Of a stretch of DNA of 64,000 nucleotides, positions 11,774-24,300 are shown one piece after another (the stretch's first letter is position 1; every line of letters starts with the position of its first letter). Source of the DNA: an uncultured Planctomycetota bacterium. GTDB lineage: Bacteria; Planctomycetota; Planctomycetia; Gemmatales; Gemmataceae. The position numbers were made by a program, and so were the translations under genes. The stretch lies in contig CAWKHF010000002.1 in NCBI GenBank assembly GCA_963849325.1, positions 32,001 to 96,000 on the forward strand, read 5' to 3'. The notes below the pieces were generated by a model. The model did not search any database, was not told the DNA's origin, and worked only from the letters and a program-made list of their open reading frames with translations.

Positions 11774-12352
11774 ATGCAACGTATCCTCGGCTTCGTGGTG
11801 TTGGCCTTCGTGGCCCTGGCGTGCGGCCCTTCCGCGAGCGAATCGACCGCGGCGGACGGCGACAAGGGCAAGGGCGTGCGTGGTGGACCTCGACGGCTTG
11901 AAGTCGCGGACGCCCGGCGACTGGAAGGAGGAAGCGCCGGCCAACCGCATGCGCTTCATGCAGTTCCGCTGCCCAAGAAAGGCGACGACAAGGACGATGC
12001 CGAGTTGGTCATCTTCAAGGGACTGGGCGGCGAGCAGCAAGGCCAACATCGAGCGCTGGAAGGACCAGTTTGTGCCGCCCGAAGGCAAGAAGATCGACGA
12101 CGTCGCCGAGGTCAAGGAGATCAAGATCGGCGACCGGCCGGCCGACCTATCTCGACGTGCAGGGCACCTACCAGTTCAATCCCCAGCCGTTCAACCCGCG
12201 CTCCAAGGCGGAGAAGAAGCCCAACTATCGCATGTTGGCCGATCTACTTTGAAGGCCCCAAGGACGTCTATCAAATCAAGCTGACCGGACCGGCCAAGAC
12301 TGTCGAAGCCTACAAGAAGGGCTTCGACGAGTGGTTGAAGAACTTCAAGTAG
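11774..12352 (+). CDS. Secreted hypothetical protein (several frameshifts)
   Basis: Signal peptide; TPGDWKEE..NRMRFMQF, ANIERWKDQF, YQIKLTGPAKTV joined across frames; ends FDEWLKNFK*. Confidence 0.7.
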   Translation: MQRILGFVVLAFVALACGPSASESTAADGDKGKGVRGGPRRLEVADARRLEGGSAGQPHALHAVPLPKKGDDKDDAELVIFKGLGGEQQGQHRALEGPVCAARRQEDRRRRRGQGDQDRRPAGRPISTCRAPTSSIPSRSTRAPRRRRSPTIACWPIYFEGPKDVYQIKLTGPAKTVEAYKKGFDEWLKNFK

Positions 12353-12371
12353 ATTCGCAGTCGTCAGTCCG

Positions 12372-12421
12372 CAGCCCGGAGTCGCAAGCGACGGTCTGTC
12401 CGTCGCTTCGCTCCGGTGCTG
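12372..12421. repeat. REP-like imperfect palindrome
   Basis: CAGCCCGGAGTCGCAAGCGACGG...CCGTCGCTTCGCTCCGGTGCTG. Confidence 0.6.
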
Positions 12422-12459
12422 GTCGAGCTTAGGACTTTACTAGGAACGGAGAGTCAGCT

Positions 12460-13520
12460 ATCCGCATCGACGAGTTCGACTACGAGTTGCCGCCGGACCT
12501 GATCGCTCAGGAACCGTGCGCCGAGCGCGACCAGTCTCGTCTGCTGGTGGTTCGCCGCGGCGGGGAGGTGCTGGGGCATCATCCATTCCGCGACCTGCCC
12601 GGATTGCTCGAACCCGGCGATCTGCTGGTGCTCAATGACACGCGCGTGCTGCCGGCGCGGCGTGGTCGGCCGGCGTGCCCGCACCGAGGGCAAGTGGGAG
12701 GGGCTGTTCCTGCGCGCACGGCCGAGGGGACGTGGGAGTTGCTGTGTCAGACGCGCGGCCGGCTCATCGTCGGCGAAACGCTGCTCGTCGATGGGCCGGA
12801 CGGCGAATGCCGCGTGTCCGCCGCTGCGGTTGTGTCTGGTGGGCAAGACGCCGGCCGGCCGCTGGCTGGCCCAGCCGGGCGAGCCGGGATCGAGCCGCCG
12901 AGTTGCTGGCGCGGTATGGCCGCGTGCCGCTGCCGCCGTACATCCGCAAGGGCCGCGCCGCCGAGCGCGACGGCGAACGCTACCAGACCGTGTACGCCCG
13001 GCACACGCGGAGCGGTGGCCGCGCCGACCGCCGGACTGCACTTCACGCCAGCCGTCTTCGAGGCAGCTGCGACAGCGCGGCATCGAACGAGCTTTCGTGA
13101 CGCTGCACATCGGGCCGGGCACGTTCCAGCCGGTGCAGGTCGAAGACGTGGCCGAGCATCAGATGCAGGGCGAATGGTGCGAGCTGCCGGCCGCGACGGC
13201 GGAGGCGATCAACGCCTGCAAGGCGCGCGGCCGCCGCGTCGTGGCCGTCGGCAGCACCTGCGGTGCGCGTGCTGGAGACCGTGGCCCAGCAGGGTATGCC
13301 GCTGACGGCCTGGTCGGGTGACACCGAGTTGACCATTCGTCCGCCGTTCGATTTCCGCGTCGTCGATGCGCTGGTCACGAATTTCCACCTGCCGCGCTCC
13401 AGTTTGCTGCTGCTCGTCGGCGCCTTCACTGGCATGGACTCGATGCGCCAGGCGTACCGAGCCGCCGTCGAGCAGAGGTATCGCTTCTACAGCTACGGCG
13501 ACGCGATGCTGATTCTGTAA
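12460..13520 (+). CDS. queA: S-adenosylmethionine:tRNA ribosyltransferase-isomerase (frameshifted; apparent start codon reads ATC)
   Basis: [62 protein letters not shown]. Confidence 0.95.
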
Positions 13521-13531
13521 CGGCGTGGCTC

Positions 13532-14373
13532 ATGGACAATCGCATTCGTCAAATCGAGGTGCGCGACCGCTCGCTGATCCCGGCCGAGGCGGAGGTGTGG
13601 ATCACCGTGACGCCCGAGCATCACACGCCAACGACGGAAGTGCGCGGCCGGCTCATGGGACCGCGCTGTCCGTATGCCAGCACGGTCGAGGTCGCCTATC
13701 CACCTGCGGCCCCTGCCGCCGGGCCAAACGTCGCCGGGGCCGACTGGCCTGACGATGCGCGTGGTCATTCCCGAGGCGTCCTTGTGGGAGCCGGAAAGTC
13801 CCTTTCTCTACCAGGGACCGATTGAACTGTGGCAGGACGGCCGCCGCTGCGATCAGGTCGTGCTCAGCCACGGTCTTGCGTTCCTTCCTGCTGAGCGAAC
13901 GCGGCCTGCGCGTCAACAGCCGGCCCTTGACGCTTCGCGGCCGATTCGTCACAGCCTGCTCCGACGAGGACGCCCTCGCTCTGCGGCAGGCCGGATACAA
14001 TTTGCTCGTCGCCCCTGTCGAGACCGGCTACGCTGTCCGTGTGGGAGCAGGCGGATCGCCTCGGCTTCTTCGTGCTCGGCCAGCTTATGGATGACAGCGA
14101 GGAGACACTGCGACTTCTGGATTTGCTGGGCGATCGGGCAAGCTGTCTCGGCTGGCTCCTCGACGAGGGGCGACATCCTCCTCTGGATCGCCTACCGGCG
14201 GGAAAGCTGCTGGGATTGATCGCCGATACGCCCTCGCCGAACCGTCCTTGTCGATGGCCCATTTCCTGGTTGGCCCGACGGGGTTGGCGAACCTCGGCAA
14301 ACCTCTGCTCGTAATCGGAGATATGCCGGCCGATCCGCCGCAAACGCCGGCGATCCTGGGCAGCCTGTCGTAG
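13532..14373 (+). CDS. Hypothetical protein resembling a truncated glycoside hydrolase family 2 Ig-like region (frameshifted)
   Basis: LWEPESPFLY motif followed by GLR..L...GLRVNSRPLTLRG, then EQADRLGFFV; too short for a full TIM barrel. Confidence 0.55.
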
Positions 14374-14569
14374 CGGTCGTGCGGGTTGCACAACCAATAC
14401 AGGTTGTACATCCCTCAACCGATCCGGAGTCTTCCTTTCAACCGGCAGAGTTTTCCCTGACGGAGAGGTTTCCCCAATCTGATAGGATGGTACATTAAGA
14501 CGTACTCCCGCTCGCAGCCTGTCTCCGGCGAGCGGCACGATGGCCCGCCATTTCGGGAGGAAGCATCCG

Positions 14570-17500
14570 ATGTGGTCCTCGCCAGGCAGGTATGCGGCCC
14601 TGCTGCTTCTGTGCGCGGGGATGGTGCTGCCGCTGTACTCCGAGGAGGCGCCCTCCGCCCGGCAGTCCGCCCCCGGCAAGACGAACGGCTCGGCGGACAA
14701 GAAGTCCACGTCCGCCGTCATGCCGGCCGCCGACAGCAAGACGACTGACGTCGAGCAAAATCGACTGGCCGTCGCTGCCCGCCGAGGCCATCGTCGTCGT
14801 GTGCGAGCACGCCGCCGAGGCGCTTCCGTCTCGTCCCCGACGCCATCGTCTTGAGTCCGAAAAAGTATCAGGAGCTGCTCGATGAGATCGCCCGCCTCAA
14901 GGGCCAGCTTCACGTCCGACAAGCCGGTCAGCGCCCAGCAAGTGCCATCTCAAGGGCAAGGTCGAGGGCAACGCGGTCCTGCTGACGGCCCAGTTCGAGG
15001 TGGTGACGGATCGACCCAACGCCGTGGTGACACTGGCCTGTCCGCAGGCAGGGGCCGCCTCCGCCCAGATCGACGGGCGAGTGCCGTTCCTGCGTCGATC
15101 CGACGCCACCGGTTTTTCCGTTCAGATCGACAAACCCGGCCGTTATCCGCTTACGCTCGAACTGTTCGTGCCGCTGGCGGCGCGAGAAGGCAACGGTCGC
15201 GGCTTCGAGTTGACCTTGCCGCGCGCGGCCATCACCACGCTCGACCTGGACCTGCCCGCCAACGTCAAGGACGTGCGCGTCGGCGGTCAGCCCCTGAGCG
15301 AGCCACAATTGGCCGGGTTGACCTTGAAGAATCAGTCATCTCAGCGGCAGTCCTAGCCTTCGGCCGGTGGACAAGCTCGATCTGGCCTGGAGGGAGGTCC
15401 GCCCTCCCTCCGGCGTCCCCGTCCTGACGGCCGAGGGGAACATTCAGGTCCGGCTCGACGCCGCCGGGCTGACCACCGAGGCGGAGTTGCTGCTCCAGAT
15501 CGAGGGCGCACCGGCGAGCGTCTGGCGTCTGCTGGTGCCGCTGGGGTCCGAGGTCAAGGTCGTCCCGTCCGACGATGCGCGCGTCCAGGCCAACATCGAG
15601 ACGGCCAACCAGAAATTCGCCTCGCTGCGGACGATCCACTTGAAGAAGCCCCAGCGTCGATCCCCTTCGGGTCCAGGTCAAGGTCCACGCGCCCTTGCCG
15701 CGGAACGGCTCCCTGGTTGCGGTCGGCCCGTTTTTCGTCCTCGGCGCGGCCCGGCAGACCGGCACCATGCTGGTGCGCAACCAGGTGCGGCACCTGCATC
15801 TGGACTACCACGAGCACGGCGACCTGAAGCTGCGCAAACTCCCCGACGAGCCGGGCAGCGATGCCGCCAGCGTGGTAGCGGCCTTCACCTACGGCAACAT
15901 CCCGATGGTCGAGAAGCCGCAGGGCGTCACCGGGCCCGGCTCGTTGTCCTGGCTGGACCTCGAAGCGGAGACGATGCGCAGCCAGGTACGCACCCGCGTG
16001 ACCCATACGCTGACGCTGCGGGCCTCGCCTCCACCCTCCACCGCAACAGTAGGCGAGAAGGGAGCGAACGACGTGCTGCGCTGGGACATCACCACGGTCA
16101 TCGCGCCGGCGACGAAGTGGAGCGACATCGAGCAGCTCAAGGTCATGGTCCCTCCCGAGTGGTCCCCCGCCGAGGAGGGTATCCCCCCAATGGGACAGGA
16201 AAAGGACCATTTTCTGCTGTTTCGGTCGTCCGCGCTGCTGCGCGAGGGGCCGAGTCAGCCTGTGCGGATGGAAGGACGTTACGAAACGCTCTGCAAGACA
16301 GAAGGTCGCGCCGTGCTGAAACTGCCGCGACCGCAGGGCGTCGTCGAGCCGTGTGAGGTGAGGATCGACGTCCCTAAAGGCAGCGAGTTGGTCCTGCACA
16401 ATGCCGAGCCGGCCGACCTGGAACTGGTCAAACAAAACGGGACGAACGAGCAGACCTGGCGTCGCCGGCACGTGTCCGCGGATTGGCCGGGGATCGACGT
16501 GAGCTGGCGGCCCTATCGGCCGGAGCTGGACGTCAAGTCGGTAGTGGACCTGACTCTACTCGGCCGTCACGGCGAGGTGCGGCAGGAGATCCATTGGCAC
16601 TCGCCGCAGGGGCTGCCCGATTCCATGAGCCTGCGTGTGCCGCCGGCCGTTGGCGACAGCCTGCGCATCGTCGAGGGCGGCAGCTTGCAAGTCCCCCGCG
16701 ACTCCGCCGCCGGTTCGCGCGGACAGGTCCGCCTCGTCGTTCCCGCGAAGGCGGGAGAGGCGGATTGTCGCGTGGTGCTGCAATATACGACCGCGCTGGG
16801 GGACAAGGGCCAGCCGCCGCGGACGGGCGAGCCGTTCGCGGTGCCGTTGGTGGTGCCCGAGCAGGCGACGCGCGGGGAAGTCAAGGTGCGTGTCTGGAGC
16901 GAGCCGGGCGTCGCTGCCTTTGCCCTCGGGCGATCCGCCGTGGGACGAGCGGAGCATCGAGGAAGTCAAGGACCGCCACGACTTGCCGGTCCTTGTCGTG
17001 CAGGCGCCGCGCTCGATGCGCCGCTCGTCCTCCGCGTCGGTGAACCGTCGCCGGTGTTCACGGTCCTCGTCGAGCGCGCCCTGGTGTGCGTGCAACTGCT
17101 GGAAGGTGGCGGCCAACAGTACCGCGCCCGTTTCCAGCTGCGTCACCTTGCCGGCCCGTACCTCGATGTCCAGTTGCCCGGCCCGGTGCTGACGCTCAAC
17201 GTGCAGGTGACGCTGAACCGCCGGCAAGTCACGCCGGACATGGTCAACGAGTCCGGCCAGCGAACCGATGGCGGCAGCATCGCCCGCCTCCGTCTCGGGC
17301 CGGACTTGGTGCGTCAGACGGCGCTGCTGGACGTGTCCTACCAGTTGCCGACCGGACGCACCGGCGGAAGCCCGCTCCGTGCCACCCTCCAGCCGCCCTT
17401 GTTGCGCGGTGCCCCGGCCACTGTGCCGACGCGCTGGCAGGTCGCCGTCCCGTCCAACCGCGTGCTGCTCGCCCCCGAAAGCGCGGCGGGTATCGAACAC

Positions 17501-18104
17501 GCCTGGGCGCGGCGCGGCTGGCTGCTGGCGACGTGCCTCAACCGCACCGGCGCCGACCTCGAACGCGAGTTCGAGGAATCGCTGCCGACGGAGTTGCGCC
17601 ACGGCGACGAACAACTTCCGGGCGAAGGCCAGACAACTCCCACGCTGGTGTGCTGGCAGGACAGCGTCGAAACCCTTACCGTCACGCACGCCCCGCGGCA
17701 AGCGTGGTTGTTGGTGTGTTCGCTGGGCCTGTTGATCCTTGGCCTGGGTCTGTACTGGGCGGCGCGGCCGTCGTCGGCGGACAACGGGCGAATGGCCGCC
17801 GTGGTTGTGGCCGATTCTTGCCGTGATGGCCCTGGCGGCGGCGGTCGGCTTCCTGATCTGGCCGACGGCGCTCGGGGACGTCGTCTATGGCTGCGAGCCG
17901 GGCGCCCTGGTGCTGCTGTGCGCGATCGGCTTCCAATGGCTGATGCACCGGCGCTATCGCCGGCAAATCGTCTTCTTGCCCAGTTTCAGTCGCGGTCGAA
18001 CCGGCTCCTCCCTGCTCCGCAAAAGCTCCGCGGCCCAGCGGCCGCAGACCGCCGAGCCTTCGACCGTCGATGCGCCCCCGCCCGGCAGCGAAGTGATAAG
18101 GTGA
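14570..18104 (+). CDS. Large exported/membrane-anchored hypothetical protein (about 1170 aa, several frameshifts)
   Basis: Signal peptide, beta-rich repeats in ORF pieces 15000, 15367, 15695; C-terminal TM helices and RRYRRQIVFLPSF tail. Confidence 0.7.
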
Positions 18105-18111
18105 CGGCGGA

Positions 18112-18318
18112 TGACAAGGTGACAAGGTGACAAGGTGACAAGGTGATGAAGGGCACTCTCCTTTTGCCCACCAGCCCGGAGCGCCAGCGACGGATGATTG
18201 CACAGACTCGTTACTCCTGCGCCTCGCTCCGATTTCTCTCGCTCGCGTGTATCACGTTGGCGTTGTGTGTGCTTGTCACCTTGTCACCTTGTCACCTTGT
18301 CACCTTGTCACCTTGTCA
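18112..18318. repeat. Inverted pair of octamer tandem arrays (TGACAAGG)x4 ... (CTTGTCAC)x~6
   Basis: Arrays at 18112-18143 and 18272-18318 are reverse complements; a degenerate copy occurs near 56061. Confidence 0.9.
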
Positions 18319-21300
18319 AGGCGAAGAGACGAGCCTACCGCCCATCCGCCGTCAGCTGCTCAGCGCGGAGCGGCTGCCGCAGGAGCTGAAGCGCGTCCAG
18401 GACGGCGTTCTCGGTCCGCCTGCCGCTCGCCGAGTTCGATGCGCGGGTCGAGAAGGCGGTGCGGGCCGGCGCGCGCCCAGGACCCCGCCGCGTCTGCTGG
18501 AGTCGCGCTATCACGCCGCCCTCCAGGGCGAAGCGCTGATCGGCGATGGCCAATGGAAGCTTCTCCACACCGGATCGAGTCCGGGGCTGATGAACCTGGA
18601 GCCGTTCAACCTGGCGCTGCGGCAGGCGCGGTTCGAGAACGGCGACGCCCTCGTCGCCGCCTTCGACGACAAGACTCCCGCCCTGCTGGTCGAGACGGCG
18701 GGCGAACAGACGGTGTCGCTGGAATGGTCGGCTCGCGCCGAGGCCGACCCGGAAGGGTTGCGCTTCCGTCTGGAGGTGCCGCCCTGCCCGGTCGCGCTCC
18801 TGGAACTGGACGTGCCGGCCGGGCCGCGCCGTGACCTTGCTCGGGGCGGGCGACGATTCGCTCCTGCTGTCCGGACCGTACGCGGCGGAGGCTGCCGAGC
18901 TGCGCCGCTGGAAGATCGTCTGGCGCGGACGCCGCACAGTCGATTTCCGCATCCGGCCCGGCGGATCGCCCGACGGGCGGCGCCGAGCCGGCGACCGTCG
19001 CGTTCGTGCGTCAGAAGACGACTCAGAAGCTGTACCCGCGAAGGATTGGACGCTACCTTTGAGCTGACGCTGGAATGCGTCGGACGCGCGGGGTCCGCGA
19101 ACTGGTCTGCGAATGCGATCCGGAGCTGCGTCCTCGCGACGTGGTTGGCCCGAGCGTGGACGGTTACTCGTTTCAGGCCGGGGACGGCGGCACACCTTCC
19201 CGCTCTGACGATCCGCCTCCGCGAGCCAATCCGCGAGGGGACGTGGCAAATCTCCTGTCTGTCTCCGCTGAGAACGCGCCGGCACCGGCAGGATCGGCCC
19301 ACGCGGTCTCGTGGAGAAGTCCCGGACTCCGCCTGGTGGGCGGCGTGCCGCGCGGCGAGACGCTGGCACTGTGGTTGCACCCCGAACTGCGCGTCGAGGG
19401 TTGGCACCCCGGCGGTTTCCGGCTGGTCAGCTCACGATACCGAGCGGCAGACGGGCATGCAGCACCTGACGCTGGTGGGCGGCGGTCTGGGGCCGGAAGG
19501 GGCGGCCGCCAACGCGCCGCCGCGACGACCGGAGGCGCGAGTCCAGGCTTATGGGGTCGAGTTCCGCGCCCGCCAGATCGCCTGGTGGCGCTGCGACGCC
19601 GCCGGGATGACGCTGACCTTGCAGATCGGCTACGAGGTCAGCCAGGGCCAGCTCTTCCAGTTGCCCGTCCTGCTGCCGGCCGGATGGACCGTCGAGCGCG
19701 TCGAGATGAGTCCGGCCCGGCTGCTGCTCAACTCGCGCGTCCGCACGACGGCGGGGCGATCGACCTTGTACGTCGATCTCGCCCGTCCCCTGGTTTCCGC
19801 CGAACAGGCCCGGCGCGAAGGGCAAGCCGATGCCCGAAAGTTCTGGTGATGGACGCGCCGCACCCTGTCGCACCGGGGCGTTCGCGCGTGCCGACCCTGA
19901 CGGTCTCATCTGCGACCGGGATGGCCCGGTCCCGTGACCGGCCGACCGCTGCCCTTCCCCGATGCCGTGCCGCTGGGAGCGCGCTTCCGCGAAGGCGTCC
20001 TCGCCCTGGAGTGCGACGAGCAACTGTTCCATCTCGACGTGCGGACGACGGCGGATCGGTCGGATCCGGAGGAGGACGGCCCGTGGGGCAAGCAGCTTCC
20101 CGAGTATTCCTACCGCTATCGCGGCCACGCTCTGTCGGGAACGCTGCTCGTTCAGCCGCGGCCGCCACGCCTGCGGGCCAAGTGTAGTAGTGAAGTCTTC
20201 GTCGCCTCGGGCCGGGCGGCGGTCGAGACGCATCTGCTCGTGGAAGCCGAGGTCGGCAGGCCGGACACGATCGACCTGCTCCTGTCGGAGAGCGACGGCG
20301 AACCGTGGCAGTGGCAGAATGAATCGGCCCGCCGCGACGGTGCATCGAGCGGCAACCTCGTCCGGCGGGCCGAACGGCTGTACGCGGTGGAAGCGGCCGG
20401 CGCCTTGCACGGTCTGGCCGCGCGCACCCCGCTGCAGGCGGCTATCCTGCTCGCCGCCCGCCCCGTGGGCGAACGCTGGCGTCTGACGCTGGCCCGGCCG
20501 CTGCGGACGCGCGAGCCGCTCCGCCTGCGCGCCATGCGTCCGCTGCGGCCGCGCGACGAACGCTGGCACGTACCGCTGCCGGTCGTCCTCGGCGCCGGCC
20601 GGATGGAAGGCGAAGTCACCTTGCACCTGGCCGGGGCTGACCTGGTACAGATTCAGACGGTCGGTCTGCGCGAGACGGCCCCGGCTGCCTCCGACGGCCC
20701 GACACCGTGGCGGACCTTCCGCTACGGACAGGCCGAGGTCGCCCTGACCCTGTGGGGCCAGACCCTGACGGCCGGACACGCCAGCGAGGCCGCGATCGAC
20801 CGTGCCCGCCTCACTACCTACGTCGGCGCCGGCGGCGTTGTGCAGCACCATTTCTCCTTCCAGGTCGCCAACTGGGCGCAGCGCACCTTGCCGTTGCGTT
20901 TGCCGCCGCACTGCCGTCCCGTGGCCGTGCAGGCGGACGGACACTGGCTGCCGCTTCTGGTGTCCTCCGCGCCGGTCCCCGACCGGAGCGACTCTTCCGA
21001 TTCCGGCGATGCGGAGGAACTGAACTTGCCGGTGCCCGGCCGCGACGGCGCGACGGCCGCCGAGACGGTCCACCGTTTCGACATCGTTTATACGCATGCG
21101 CCGCCGTCGTGGCGGCCGTGGCAGTCCGTGGCGGCGCCCGCTCCGGTCCTGCCGGTGACGCCGCTCTCCTTCCGCCGCAGCTGGCGTTTGCCCCCCAACT
21201 GGAGACCGCTGCACGATGGATCGTATCAACCCCTGCCCGGCACGGATAGCGAGGGCGAGCCGTCCGCGTTGCCGCGCCACGTCTCCGACCTGTTCCAGTT

Positions 21301-24300
21301 ACCCGGCGTCGGTCCTCAATTCGATCCGCTGCTGGAGGACAGCCACGCCGGCGCACGCGATGCTCTCGCCAAAGCGACGGAGGCCCTGCGCGGCAGCCGG
21401 GCCGGCCGGACCTTGCCCCTGCGGGAAGTGGTGAGTGAAATCGCCTTCACGTACCTCAAAGACCGCTATCCTCTCATCGTGGACGTGTTGGCCCTACGCG
21501 AAGCCGGCGTCGGGCTGGACACCCGTTTGACCATCCAGGCGCTGTCCGCCAACGATTCGCCGCCACCCTGGGAGGCGTGCGGCCTGGTCGCGGTGCCGGC
21601 GCGCGCGTCGGTCCTGCTCACCACCGCCACCGGGCATGGGGCTGCCCTCCGCGAGCCGCTGTCCGCCTCCGTCGAACGGGCGCTCACTGCGGCCGTCGCC
21701 CGCGGACAGGACTCCTCGGGCCGCTTCCGCTCCGCCCTGAACTGGCTGCGTCCCGAGAACGCCGTCATCGCCGCGCCCGCCCCGCCGCACCTGCTTGCCT
21801 TCGGCGCCGATGCGGCCCACTGGGGAGAGTGGGAGCCGGCGGCCGGTCTGTCGGACGATACGCTAATCGTGGTGCGCCGCGACCTGGTGACGGCGGCAGG
21901 ACTGGGGCTGGTCCTTCTGGAGGGTCTGTTCTTCTGGATCTTTCGCCGGCGTTCCGTCCGCTGGCGCCTGACGTTTCTTTTGCTGGTGCTGGGCCTGACC
22001 GGCGTGGGCGTGTTGTGGCTGCCGGCGGCGCTGCGTGACCTGGCCTGGTGGCCGTTGCTGGCCGGCTGCCTGGGCCTGTTCGTGTGGTACGTGAGGACAA
22101 TCGCCCGCCAGGCGGGAAATCCGAAATCCGAAATCCGAAATCCGAAGAGTGCGGTAGCCGGGGCGGCCACGGCCGTCGTGCTCTTCCTCGCCGGCATCAA
22201 TTGGGGCGGCCGGGCCGCCGCGCCCGCTCCCGTCACCGTCTATCTGGTGCCTGGCCCCGCTGGAGACCGGGATAATCAGAGTGTGCTGGCGCCGGCCGAC
22301 CTCCTCGACCGGCTCAAGGCGCTGGCCCGCCCCGCCCCTCTCGTCGCCGGTGGTCCAGCGGCCGTCCTGCTCGACGCCGTCTACGAGGGCAAGCTCGTGG
22401 ACGGGCAAGCCGAGTTCACCGCCGTCTTCTCCGTCCACTGCCTGAGCGACGAGCCGGCGGCGCTGGCGCTGCCGCTCGATGGCGTCCAGTTCGTCGGCGA
22501 CGTCTGGCTCGACGGTTCTCGCGCCGACCTGCTGGCGCTGTCCGCCCCGCGCGCGGGCTATTCGCTTTCAGGTGCGCGGTCGCGGCAGGCACAAGGTCGA
22601 GCTGCGCTTCCGCGCCCTGTGGTCGGCACGCCCGAGGACCGTAACGTGCTCTTCACCGTGCCACCCTTGCCACGGACCCGTCTGAGCTGGCACGTCCCGC
22701 CCGGCGCCTCGTACACGCAGGCCCTGGTGAAACGCGGCGCTGAGTGGACCGTGCGCGAGGGCGCCGGCGAACGCCTGGAAGTGGACCTGGGCCTCCTGGA
22801 AACGCCCGTGCAGCTGCCCACCCCCTTGCACCTGCACTGGCACCAGGCGGCCCAGCCCGACCGGCCCGCTCGCGTCCAATATCGGGCGGCTTATCTATGG
22901 GACCTGAACCCGGGCGACCTCAGCGGCAAGGCCAGCGTCTTAACGGCCTGGCTGCGCTACCGCGTCCTTCGAGGCGCCGTCCGAACGCTGGAGGTGGACC
23001 TGCCGGCCGACCTCGACGCCCGCTCCGCGGACGTGCAGCGGATCGCGCCGGCTTCCAGTTCGGTCCCGGCCTGGCTGGCCCGCTTGCACCTGCGCGACTG
23101 GCACGTCCGCACGGCCGGCGACAAACGCACTCTCCATCTCGAGCTGCCCTACCCGGTCGCCGGCGACTTCCAGGTGATCCTCGAACTCGTCCCTCGTGCT
23201 CCGCTGCCCGCGCTGGTGACGCTATCGCTGCCGGCGCCGCACGGGGAACGCGGACCCGGTTCGGATTACCTGGCCTATCGCACGCACCCCGGACTGGAGG
23301 CCCAGCGCGACACGTCGCAGAACATCACGCGCATCGGCGAGGGCGAGTTCGCCCCGGACTGGCCGAGCGTCCCGCGTCTTCCCCCCTTCCATCTCCCCCC
23401 GTTCCGGGGGGGACAGGGGGGGGCGCCGCCTACAAGATCAACTCCAAGCGTGCCGCCGGTCCTGCGTCTGCACCTGCGCCGCGGCCCGTCCGTGGTGCAG
23501 GCCGAACTCGACATCACCGTGCAGGCCGGCCCGCATCAGGCCGAGGTCCAGGCTGCCGCCGAGCTGAAGGCGCCGAACAAGGACCTTGGTCTCGTCGAGT
23601 GGGACTTGCCATCGGCGCGGTTGACGGTCGCGTCCGTGAGCGGTGACGACGTGCGGGCCTGGAAGCAAACCGATCGCCGTCTGCTCGTCTGGCTGCACCG
23701 CACGACCGCCGCCACGCGAGTCAGTCTGTCCGGCTGGCTGCCGCTGGAGGGACGCGGAGGCCAGACGCAGTTCGACCTGCCCTGTCTGCGGCTGGTGCAG
23801 GCCCGCGAGCAGCACACCCGGCTCCGCCTCGTCGCCGCCGCCGGCCTGACTCTGGCGTCGGTATCGCCCCACAATCTCCAGCCCGTCACCGCCCCCTCCG
23901 TCGCTTCCGCGGCAGCCGACCACGAGCGGACCTTCGAGACGCGGCAAACGTCCTACGGTGGTTCCTGCGAGATCGCCACCGCCGCCAACGCCGTCGCCCG
24001 TGTGCTGACCTTCGCCGAGGTGGCCGACCGTCGCTTGCAGTTCACCACCACCGTGAATTACGAGGTGAGCCACGGCGAACTGCGCCGCGTCCATCTGCGC
24101 CTGCGCAACTGGGAGGCGGAGAAGGTCGAGCTGCAGGCGGATCGAGTGGCCCTGCGGCGCGGGCCGCGACGTACACCAGGAGATCGTTCGTGGCTGCTCG
24201 ATTTGCAACCGGGCGTCACCGGCCGCTATCGCGTGACGCTGCGCGGCAGCATGCCGGTCGAGGAGGCGGCCGTCGGCGTGCCGCTGCCGGACGTGAGCGT

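Noticed and set aside
12460-12462. ATC as a genuine non-canonical start codon for queA
   Set aside because: Cannot be distinguished from a base-call error in an error-rich stretch
18112-18318. Short tandem arrays as a CRISPR array
   Set aside because: Units are 7-9 bp with no spacers and there are no cas genes
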